Positions 52,714 to 64,000 of a stretch of DNA of 64,000 nucleotides are shown in pieces. Position numbers and translations under genes: made by a program. How positions within the stretch are numbered: position 1 is the first letter of the stretch; every line of letters begins with the position of its first letter. Source of the stretch: Octopus bimaculoides (Eukaryota); the NCBI RefSeq assembly GCF_001194135.2, contig NC_068982.1:113427690-113491689 (forward strand). Direction: 5' to 3'. The notes beneath the pieces were generated by a model. The model was given only the letters and a program-made list of their open reading frames with translations, made no database searches and was not told the origin of the DNA.

Positions 52714-53028
52714 ATACAAAGACCTGGGAATAGAGGTAACTCGAATGTGGAATCTAAAAACAGAAACAATTCCTATCATAGTAGGCGCCTTAGGTATAAT
52801 AAAAAAAATATTCAGACAAATACATAACAAAAACACCAGGACTTACAAATATATGTAACATACAGAAAATTGCACTACTGACCACTGCACACATTCTACG
52901 CAAAACACTTTCAATACATAAGAGCATCACAGCAAACCACAGCACATACTCAAGGCACACAGAGCTGCACTTGGTAGTGAAGTGAAAGCACGTTATAAAA
53001 ATAAAACTACTGAACAATAATAATAATA
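52714..53028 (+). repeat. Exact duplicate of 51890-52204 across an N-gap (likely assembly overlap artefact)
   Basis: 315 nt appear identical on both sides of gap 52205-52713. Confidence 0.8.
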
Positions 53029-54377
53029 CTGCCAATCAAATAGAAACGGACTCCAAATATCAGTTTTTCTCAATTCGCTATTTATATGGCATCAAAACAA
53101 AAACGAAAAAGCAAAGAAATGCGGTGGATTGGCAGAACCGGTAGAGTTTCAGAAAAAATATCTTTCTCTATTGAGATACGTCCTTTTATGCTTAATCCCA
53201 TTGAGTTTAAAATGGCCTTTCATCCTTCTCTTTGTGTCGATACTTTTCATGCACAATCACAGTCTCATCACATATCTTCTTATTTCTATGATTTTTTATT
53301 GTATTGTTCCGTGTTTAAAACTATTGTTCACAAGAATACTATGATTGTTTGGGTTTACACCGTCATCCTCATTTAAAAAGCAAGCGACAACTACGAATAA
53401 CTCCGAAGAGTTTACAAATTTATGTATATTGAAATGCATATCTAATTTTGAACTCACGCTAGTCTCTTTCAAGTGGCATTATTTAAAGATAACATTGAAC
53501 GAATCAACAATGGTACATTTGGTATATAAATATGTGTATTCCACCATGATTTAGAATTAAAGTTTTTGTAGAGATTGTAGGATAGATGAAACAAGGTTTT
53601 CTAATATTGATTAAACTTCAAATGTTTGAAACGCATACTTCTCACGCAAATAAACGTTAACAGTATATCTAGTGTGTCACTTTTTCCATTACAAAAATAG
53701 TGTAAACAAATTTATTAAACAACTTTCTAACTTCAAAGTGCCCTTATTTATCAATGATACCGTTTTAAGTCTATAAAATGGCTTTCAGTTTTTATGAGCT
53801 ACGCATCAAACCTAATATCTTCCTCTTTTAGCAAACATTCAAAGAAATAAATATCTTTATTTAATATATATTTCTTTTATATATCGAATGAATAAAAGAA
53901 CATATTCTTTGATTTAAGAAATAATACCACGTGGCTTTAGTAACCTACTAATAAACTGTACACATCACAACTGATCAGATTAAACGTAGATTAAAGAGTT
54001 CCAGTTAATCAGTACCTATTTTATATAAAACACGCAAACAAGGCTTCATATGAATCTAATAACTATTTGTAAGACCACATTGTACTTCCTCCTAGTTTAG
54101 GCAATTTATTGAAAAATTATACGGAGTTTCAGAAGAAATTTGATGTTATTTTTTACATATTTATTACATTGCAGCATAAAATATAAACCCATTTTATATT
54201 GTTCATTCTATTTTTTAATCTGATAATATATTCATGCTAATTTTTTCTACTTTTGGTGCATCCGTTTATTGACAAAGAATATAAAGAGCAATTTCTAAAA
54301 AATTCATCTAACAAATTATAGGTAACACCTAAGCTATATATGTCTCGCTAGATATTATGGCTCATAATTTTACATAT

Positions 54378-54594
54378 ATTCTTTTCTACTCTAAGCACAA
54401 GGCCCGAAATTTTTAGAGAGCGGACCAGATGATTAGATCGACCCTAGTATACAACTGGTTCTTAATTTATCAACCCCCGAAAGGATGAATGGCAAAGTCG
54501 ACCTCGGCAAAATTTGAACTCAGAACGTAAGGACAGACGAAATACCGCTAAGCATTTCGCCCGGAGTGCTAACGTTTCTGCCAGCTGGCCGTCT
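54378..54594 (-). mobile_element. Family-A SINE (full length, relatively intact)
   Basis: Reverse complement of the consensus. Confidence 0.85.
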
Positions 54595-54974
54595 ATATTA
54601 CGCACATATTGCTGCTGCTCAGCCCCACATAAATCCCGGTCGACTAAGCCAACAATGAGAGACATTCTAACTATAACCATTTCTTTGATTAGAAGCATGA
54701 GAAACTGCATTATCTTAGGTGCTCTACCCTTTTGTAAAGCAGTGAGTATGGTTTGAAGAAATTTTGGCTCCTATTTCTAGAATTTAGAATAATTACGTTG
54801 CAGCTTCCTTTCGTATTTTGTCTTGCCACGAACTTGTTATATCAGCGAATGATCAAAACTTAGCCCTTATTGTTTTTCTTATGACTCAAACATATTAAAT
54901 AGTTTCATTTCTATTCCCGCACTCAAGTGGTGTGCCTTTTCATACGTACTCAACAAGTGAGAGACGACTCTTAC

Positions 54975-55022
54975 CCTGGATCGGTACTCATCAGCCACCA
55001 ATGGACCCACCACTCCGGACAT
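54975..55022 (-). CDS. Candidate first coding exon of an unidentified gene or isoform (MSGVVGPLVADEYRSR)
   Basis: GC-richer 74-nt exon 54975-55048 with acceptor cttcttgctcatcgtttgttgtttaag| and strong donor AGG|gtaaga. ATG at 55022 is preceded by an in-frame stop. Ends in phase 0. Confidence 0.4.
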
Positions 55023-57302
55023 ACAAACAAATGCTGGATGTCAGGTATCTTAAACAACAAACGATGAGCAAGAAGCTAGTCTGATTCATACATACCTACT
55101 TCTATCTGTGTATGTGTGTGTGTCTGTGTGTATGCGGTGCGTATATATATATATATATATATCAATTTTGTTTTAACTGTGTAGTAAAAGAGAGATCATC
55201 AGCATACATCACTAGTGAAAGATTTATGACTAATTATTTTTATATTACTAAACATAAATATAATGATGAGACTGATATATAACTATAATTTATTATAGAC
55301 AGCTTACATATAACTATAATTTATCATAGACAGCTAATTTCTGTTGAGCAAGCGCGCAAAACTAAATGTTTATGAGGAATATTCTGTAGCCAATAAAATT
55401 GATCCATGCACCTTAATGGTACTTATTTTAACGCCTTTAGAGTAATAAAAGGTGATGTCGCACCTTACAATAATTAGTCATAGAGACTTCAGAACAGATC
55501 TTTGTGAATCTCAATCATGTTTACTTCCCCATCTCAGTAATATATGGATAATAGTTTAACTACTTACAGCGAAATTAAATAAACGATTCACTATGGAATT
55601 ATCAAATAAACAATTAATTTCCAAATAAATAATTTAGTGAGAGAATGTCTCACAATAAAATATGTCCAGAAAAAATCCTGATTCTGTTGTGTTACTGTGT
55701 GCAAGTGTTTGTGCGGATATCAAGAGATTGACAAGAGTTATTGTGTATGGTACCAGTAAACTGAAGTCCCTTCTTTATTCGTGGTAGATATGGAACACGG
55801 ACCCTTTACAAACTTCATATAAAAGTTCGTGAATGCATTCATAAGAGACGTTTGAGACAAAGTTCGAATGTCAGCCAGTCATCGTGGAGAAGAGATTTTG
55901 AGAGGAACCGAAGATTTGAACATTGAGGCAATCGCACACAAGTACTCTTTCATTATGCTCGGATACTTCAGTGAAATAGATGCTATATGATGAGCTTGTA
56001 TGCAAAAAAGCATCATCAACACAAAGGAAAGCTGCTGAACGTATTTGAAATATGTGAGATCAACCGGCTGAGAAATGATTTTGATGAGACACATAATTTT
56101 GAAAAAGCGTGTATTTCGCAGGATTTGAAGGAGATCCTCGTAAATGCGAAATTTGTGAAGTGGCTGAAATAATTTCGGTCTGATGTATCTGTTACCGTGT
56201 GTCTTTCCAAGGCAGCAAAACTAAAAATAAAAAGAGCAAGACGTAAATGTCTAAAGTGAAACATTGATTAAAAAGAAAAATGGAAAGAAGAAAAATTAAA
56301 GGCAGAAGAGACACGTGAAGTTTAAGTCAAGGCCATCTTTATTACCTTCACAATAAGGTTTTTTTCAGTAGATGAACAATGAAAATATGGAGGCTAAAAG
56401 ACGAAATATGCGAACAGAGCTCGAATGCGTGAACGCTTACCTGAAAACAGTAGTAAGTTTGCCTCAGCAGTATTATAGTGTGTGTCCTTTTTTACCCATC
56501 CACACACTTATTTAAATGTGCACCTACACTTTAGTGTATGTGCATGCATCCAAATGTGTTTGTGAGTATAATAATGATGCCAGTTGAGTTTTCTCCTAAC
56601 TGATTTAATCAATTGATTTACTAAGTGATCAAAGAATTTGTCCAACAGCTATGTTTGATCAACAACTTACTTCAATTAATCTATAATGGAATGCATATAT
56701 TAGTTAGTTGCTGGGGTTATTTTTAAGACACAACCCACACATAAAGAAATCAAGCGTCCATCTTCTTTAAAGCCACAACAAATATAAATCTACTCCATCT
56801 TGTTGACAATACAACTGCACTCGTCAGTGAAAATACTTTTTGAAACAAATTAACAGTGAACTTATTAATATATCACGCTGTCTGAATTTAATTAAATAAA
56901 TGTTCGAAAACAACAAAAGAAATCTTGATTACTTCACTAAAGTAGTAATCGTAGATTTTAAATCACTGAATATGCGAATGAAGAAGTTAGTAATATCTAT
57001 GCATTGTGGTTATAAATTTCATTTTGTTCATGGATGATGAGAAAATTAAATGCTCGCGAAATGTTAATCTAAGCTGCCTAAATATTTGAAAAACTGTCTT
57101 TCTTATAAAAATATGGAAAATACTTTTTTTTTGTTGTTTAAAAGTCACTAATATAGAAAAGATTCAACCTTGTCGAGTCTCGTCAATCTCATTGCCTTCT
57201 AATTTAATGTTCTTCATCTGCACTGAAAATCTCGAGAAAGTGAATTACAAGGATGAGGCAAAATAAACATTATCACAAATGAACAAATGTTTGTTTTTTT
57301 AA

Positions 57303-59722
57303 CCATTGGTCTACCAGAGAAACTGTATGTCACTAATTACCACCTGGGTCCAATGGACCCAATATTTTTCTTTTAATTAGATTTTATTCAAACTACCACT
57401 ATTTCCTAGCTACCCTATATATGCTATCAGGTGAGTGAAGAATCACTGTTTTTCACAAATTTTAATTAAAAAAATACAGCTTACAGAATATATTATAAAT
57501 TTTTAAAATTAGGATAATACAGAATTACAGCTCTTCATAGCAGTGAATGCAGACAACATTGGAATGTTCTTAGCAAACATGGATATTACAATTCTTACAT
57601 GTAGTACGAGTTTTCCTGTCTTTTGGGTGGGGTCACACAAAGAACATACTTTTTTATTTAGCTGAGGAATCTCAAATGAGGCTGAAGATCGTCTTCTTTT
57701 CTTGTTTGGTTGAGAAATGTTAGCAGAACTACAAGATTGTTTGTCATTTTCTTGTTGAGCATTAACTCCAGCAAGTTCCTTTCCTAACTGAATTAGGCAC
57801 TACCTTCTTTTATCCTTGAAACTTTGAAAGTGAAGCTGTTTAGCAACAATGAAAGCATTCGCTGCATTTATATTTAATCCTGTTGTAGAATATAACCATA
57901 GATCATCTTCGAGTCATCTACTCCTCCTTTCGTTTTGTTGTAACATGTAATAACTTAAGGTTTCTTTTCAGCACCTTTTGAATCAATTGAAGGCTGGGAG
58001 TACATTGTACTCATAAGTGTGGCTACATAATTTTTCTTGAGACAATAAGATAGGATCATAGAATCCTTTTGAAATCCAAATATTGTGCAGTTGACTTCTT
58101 TTTCTTTTCCATTTGTGAAAGCACTTAGAAATTCAACTCTGTTATTTTTAGTTGTTCCAACTAAAGTAGTTTTCTTGCTAAGCAGCTTTCGAGCCAATCC
58201 TATACTTGTACATAAATTATCACAAGTTATATTGCGATCAGTATTTTCAAGATCTTTTACTAGGTCTTCGACGATTCTTGAACGTTAATTCGTCTCTCTT
58301 CCTTTTACTGGATCTTTTTCCAGCGGAGATTTGCATTTTCCAGGCATAAGATGTTTTACTGTCGCATAGTGCTCAAATTTTAATTCCATATTTCTCTGGT
58401 TTTGAAGGAATTTATATCTGGAATGAGCAGCGCCCTCCGAATGAAACTAATTCTTCATCAACTATCATGCATGAACTTGGAACATATCCATCTTGAAAAT
58501 TCTGATTCCACATTTCAAATACTTCTCTTATGGGCTCCAATTTATCATCACTTCTCTTTTTACTTCTTGCACTAGTATCATCAAAACGCAATACTTCTAA
58601 AACCTGTTGAAATCTTCCCCGCCTCATATTTTTGTTGAATATTGGGTGACCATCTTCTTGACTCCATAACTGTGTGACATTTTCATGTTTAGATTTATAA
58701 ACATTTATAAGAATAATAAGTCCAATAAATTTCTTTAGTTCAGAGTAATCAATTTTCTTCCATTTATCTTTGTAAACAACCTGACCTTCAACGTTTGTCC
58801 ACTTATGAATTACTTCAAGATGATTCTGGCGCATAAAGATAGCAAAATGGGACGGACCACATTCTTGGCGCACAATATTGCAAGATGAAGTTCTTACTGC
58901 TGCTTGAGTAAGTGGATTAGAATGCCAAACCTCTTGTCTGTCTCTAGAAACATATTGCTCATTCATAATTGGGTGGCTTGCAGATAATTGTTCTAGAGTA
59001 TCTTCATCATCTGATGACACAGAACCCAAACTACCCAGCAACCAATCACTTTCACTATCATCTTCAGAGCAATAGAAGGAATCACTACTATATTCTTCCC
59101 ATTTTTCATCTAATTTCAATAAAATTTTCGATATTTGGTCTCCACCAAGTTTTCAAGTCTAGGAATATTGGAAAGCACAACTGAACTATATGAAAATTAA
59201 TAGCAGACTAATGGTAGGCATTGCTCTCTCACATATTTATACTCTCCTGAAAGATGATGCAATATATTGTAAGAATTGCGTCATCACATAGAAATATTGC
59301 ATCACCCTTTAACCTAGCAGATTGAAGGTGATGCAATACCACACAAATTTACAGGAATATTTTCATAATTTTTCCTATTTTATTTAAAATTCAGCAAATA
59401 AATTGAATACAATTTTATTTATTTTATATCTGATAAATGTCTAGGAAAATAATATTTGATACTGCTTTTATTCTGTTTTGGATGACAAGAGTATTGTTTG
59501 AATTTAATTCGAGGGTCCAATGGATCTATACGGTAATTAATGTATAAAGTGAAATTTTCTAGCTTTTATAAACCTACCGAAAATTTCCCATTTGACAAAA
59601 AAAAAAGAGTCAAGATAAAATAAGAGTCAAGAGAAATCAGCAGAATCAAATAATATAAACAATAGGAAAAAGCAACTGGAAAAACTTAAATGGGTCCATT
59701 GGACCCATTGGCAGACAGAAGG
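57303..59722 (-). mobile_element. piggyBac-superfamily transposon (PGBD4-like transposase), full-length relic
   Basis: TTAA at 57299-57302 and 59723-59726; imperfect 13-bp TIRs; internal palindromic repeats. Transposase about 57525-59119 has an acidic N-terminus, IVDEELVSFGGRC, ITCDNLCTSIGLARKLLSKKTTLVGT, TKGGVD and a Cys-rich C-terminus (CKNCNIHVC*EHSNVVCIHC), with stops and frameshifts. Confidence 0.9.
59255..59337. promoter_or_regulatory. Cluster of four C/EBP-ATF composite motifs upstream of the piggyBac transposase
   Basis: TGATGCAAT 59255-59263, ATTGCGTCA 59275-59283, ATTGCATCA 59296-59304, TGATGCAAT 59329-59337. Confidence 0.45.
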
Positions 59723-60977
59723 TTAATGTAGATAGCTAAAACATTCTCAACTATCATATAGGCACGTATCTTTTACTATGACTTCGGCACAAAATAATAA
59801 GCACTATGAATAAAACTGGTACAAGAAAACTGTATAGACACCCATGGTATAGGCTATATCTGTACTATAATGTGTAGGACCAGCTTCGTTAGACTCGATG
59901 AAATTTGTCGGGAGATAACAGGAAACGGACGTGTTCAATCACTTCCACTATAATTCAATATGTAGGAAGTCGGGTTGAAGGAGTAAAGAGAAGCTTCCTA
60001 AATCGAAACCATTATGAGCTGAACTTTACTTTCTAGATGATAACTGAAAAAAATCTATTAGTCTTGTTATTTAGTCTCAGATTAGCTTTATTAAGTAGCC
60101 TTACGATTAAAGGTATTTGAACGTAGCCGTCATGATATTTTAAAGTACCAAGAAGTACGTGATCTAATATTTCCTTTGAAATTTTTTACTAATGACAGGG
60201 TTTGATTTGAGGGCGATTTAGGCGCTATTTTTAACAGGCTGATCGACTAAGATCTATATTATTCTGATATAAACGCTTTTACTCGTTTGTCTATTTCTCC
60301 TTGTTATAGGTGACTTTCAGTTGTTAAACCTGTTCGTCTGTGGATAGTTATAAACATGTAGTCACGTGGTCAAATTCTCTCCAGTGACAGCTTTTAATAA
60401 TATTTATTATGCAATTTTTAAACTAGAACAAAAATATATTTTAAAAGTTTTGCCTTCCAAGTTTCATTTTTTCTTTTTAATATAACTTAGACATTTCTCC
60501 CACAGTGATATGAAGAAATAAGATTCAACAGCCCACACTCAGATGAAAACTAAGGAAGATTTGATATTTAATGGCTAAGGGGAAATTCGCATGAGTTAGT
60601 GATTGAAATAATCATAATATATTACTACTTACTAAACAAGTAATTTAATAACGAAGCCCAAGTACAGACTCCTACCTAAATATGTTTACTCATGAGGTTC
60701 TCATAATTCGTCTGCTGGCTTAGAGAAAAGTCAAACTTCGTTTATAAAAGGTTAAAGGTGTCTGTATCTTCTCGCATCGTTACACTTCATTATTTTCTAG
60801 GCATGAAGATGAACGCAATTATTCAAATATTTACATCAAAACCTACCCTGCATCACTGCATTTAGCTCTCTTAAAGAGTTAGTTGATCACTCCCCTAATT
60901 CAAAGCGATTTTGCTCCATATTCCATAACATGCTTAAATGTCTCATGTTCAGCATCTTCCTTCCTTTACCCTTTCTT

Positions 60978-61013
<36 letters not shown>

Positions 61014-61524
61014 NNNNNNNNNNTATGTAGGTATATATGTATGTATGCACACTGAGAGATAAAAGATAAATAACAAAAAGAGATATACCCGTGTTCATAA
61101 ATAAACTTATATACGTATGCATGTGTGATCCCGTGTGCATTTCAAGAGAAAAATACACTCAAACATACAGGCTCCGTTCATGTATATACACACACATATG
61201 CTGTACACAGACACACACATACACACACATACACACACACAGATATAAGTGTATGTATGTGTGTATGTATGTATGTATGTAGGTACAGCATGGCCAAGTG
61301 TTTAAGAAATTTGCTTTGCAGCCACGGGATCTGGGTTCAGTCTCGATGCTTGTTATCTTGGATAAATAATCTTTTTACAAGCTTCATGTTAATTCATATA
61401 TTTTGAGTGGAACACATTTCGTAGAAGCTGTATGAAAGCCTGTCGATCGTTGGACCTGTGATTCACAAACTACATCCTTGTCATATTCTGTGTCACGCAG
61501 ATTCTACCTTAGAATTACGTTATT

Positions 61525-61567
<43 letters not shown>

Positions 61568-61689
61568 TCTGCGGAATGGTCAGGCACATACACGTTAATT
61601 CAGTCGGAAGTTAGTAAACTGTACAGTTGAATTCTTATTACTACATGAAAGAGAGCCACCACCACCGTGGATTAATCTTTTATTATCTT

Positions 61690-62070
61690 TTACTTATTTC
61701 ATTCATTGGACAGTGACCATGCTAGAGCATTGTCTTCGATGGTTTACTCGAGCAAATTGACCTTAATACTTATTCTTAAAGTCTGGCACTTATTCCATCG
61801 GTGTCTTTTGCCGAACTACTATGTTATGGGGATGTAAACAAACCGGCACTGATTGTCAAGCAGTGGTGGGAGAAAAACACAAAGACACGCATAACACACA
61901 CACACCCACACACATACACACACACACCACCACCACCACCACCACCACCACCACACATACAATGGGCTTCTTTCAGTTTCTGTCTACCAAATCCACTTAC
62001 AAGGCTTGGGTCGGCCTGAGGCTGGAGTGGAAGACATTTGCCCAAAGTGCCACACAATCGAACTAATGGG
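61690..62070 (-). mobile_element. Family-B SINE with an internal (CA)/(CCA) microsatellite
   Basis: gggcttctttcagtttctgtctaccaaatccacttacaaggcttgggtcggcctgagg core, and ttgccgaac motif. Confidence 0.7.
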
Positions 62071-62084
62071 GGAATACATGAATG

Positions 62085-62860
62085 AATGAATGATGAATGA
62101 ACGAATGAAGGGTGTCTCAGATACATCCAGTCCGCGTCACAGACTTCGGTCTCGTGTTGTAGCTGTTCACTCGACCAGGGCCTTCCCATCCAATCTTTCA
62201 TGTCATCGATCAATCTGCGTTTATGGTGCCAACGATACCGTTTATTATCTACCCAATTCCTGAAGATGTAGGTACAAGGTCTCTGAGTTTCATTGACGTG
62301 GCCAAAATAATACAAATTTTACCGTGTGAGCATCGTCACTAGCTTTCGTTTCATTTTGTTTCTTTTCCGGAACTCAATCGTTCGTTCTATGGGCCATCTA
62401 ATTAACCCACAGTGCTCACTTGTAACACATCATCGCGAACCTCTTCAGTCGTTTGGTGTCAGTCACACTTAAGATTCATGCTTCATATCTATAAATAGCT
62501 AATGATCATACCAGGGCTTTTGAAACTTACAGCTTCATGTTTTTGCTGACGGTGCAGTGTCTCCATATTTTATTGCGTGACCTCTGGGTTGATCTTCCTC
62601 CAACAGGGCTTGCTCTGGTTTTCTGCTCGCAGTTCACTGTTTCTTGCACAATGGAGCTCAAGTAATTGAACTTGTCAATCTAAACTAGCTTGACTCTTTA
62701 GCATTGTATGGTAAGTTACACTAGTCCCTTGCTGGTTGCTATCATCTGGTGTTTGGATACTGCTATCTAGTTGAAGTTCAATGGAGACTCAACTAACTTT
62801 ATGAACCTGTCTCAGATTGTACCTGACTATGTTACCAGTGGTACTCGTAAATGACCCGAC
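62085..62860 (-). mobile_element. RTE-clade LINE 3' fragment
   Basis: YFGHV...RWHHKRRLIDDMKDWMGR (cf. YFGHV..RGRQRKRWLDNIKEWTG), ending in (ATTC)n-like repeats. Confidence 0.7.
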
Positions 62861-63807
62861 ACGCACACTCATAAACACAGGCAAGCACACGCATTCATTC
62901 TACGCACTTTTATTACCACACACATACACATGAGTATGTCAGTTCACACACCCATCCTCTTTCATCTCATAATGTTTCACTATTTCTATCTCCCTCCTGT
63001 AATTCGTTCGACTTTTCTACAATCAAAATTTGTTCTTTGCACAAATATTAATGTTTACTTTTAATTTTGTTTAAATCAACACCCTTCTCCATCCTCAAAG
63101 CTTTTATTGACTGGAGTGAATAATTCTGTAATTGAATTCTGAAAGAATTTTACAGAAATTATTCGAAATTGCATAAAACAAAATGGGATATTATTATATT
63201 TGGTAAAATGAATTATTATTTTAAGGTTTATACAAGGCACGAACATGAGTCATATCAGAGGTTAAATATCAGAAATTAGCCAACGGCTGTGCTGAATGAG
63301 ATTGAATTTAATAACCGTTATATGGGAGTGTGACGCGGTAAAATGATTTTTAACGAGATTGCAATGTATCTGTGCAAAATTAAAATTCTATTTTAGTAAT
63401 AATTGAAAGATAGATTAATTATTAGAGAGTTGCATGAGAATTAACAGAAAACTGACTGCAGAGAAATCAACGTTTTCTTTAAGTGGTGTTTAAGCCATTT
63501 GTACTCTGTGCTTAGTCGTACAGCTAATCATTTTATACTAACTTTAAAGCTAGAAAAATATGGATTTTTAAATGAAAATGGATGACAACATTTTCAACAG
63601 AAGAGGAAATAAATTTCCTTCTGCATATATAAGTAACATGTTTAAGAAATCAGTTTACTAATTAACCAATTAAAGCATGAAAATTTTAGGTAATGCTTAG
63701 TATGGATTTGGAACGTGAGATTTAATGAATGGTGAAAAGTCGAGTTGGATATGGCAGATGACTTAGGGAGAGTAAGGTTTGCATCGTGCTAGTTCATGTG
63801 AGTAGAA

Positions 63808-63969
<162 letters not shown>

Positions 63970-64000
63970 ACCTCAAAAGGGGCAAGTGAATATTTGTCCA

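Overview
AT-rich, microsatellite-dense animal genomic scaffold with seven N-gaps. The SINE families and repeat landscape look like a coleoid cephalopod, probably Octopus; that is pattern recognition, not a database match. There are no prokaryotic features, and almost all ORFs in the supplied track are microsatellite or gap artefacts. The window is mostly intron or intergenic DNA full of transposon relics: three R4/Dong-like RLE LINE copies tied to (AAT)n tracts, RTE, CR1/Jockey and Penelope fragments, an ORF1-only L1/Tx1-like element, a mariner, a TTAA-flanked piggyBac relic with canonical end geometry, a probable solo LTR and about 20 tRNA-derived SINEs. One host gene on the minus strand, missed by the ORF track, is supported by two phase-compatible exons (11062-11181 and 4643-4865). 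They encode a type II membrane protein with a signal anchor, a stalk and an RxxR furin-type site, possibly a TNF-family-like ligand; its 3' exons are unresolved. Other notable signals are four C/EBP-ATF composite sites packed upstream of the piggyBac transposase, an orphan start exon at 54975-55048, and LINE and SINE insertions sharing the same microsatellite targets.
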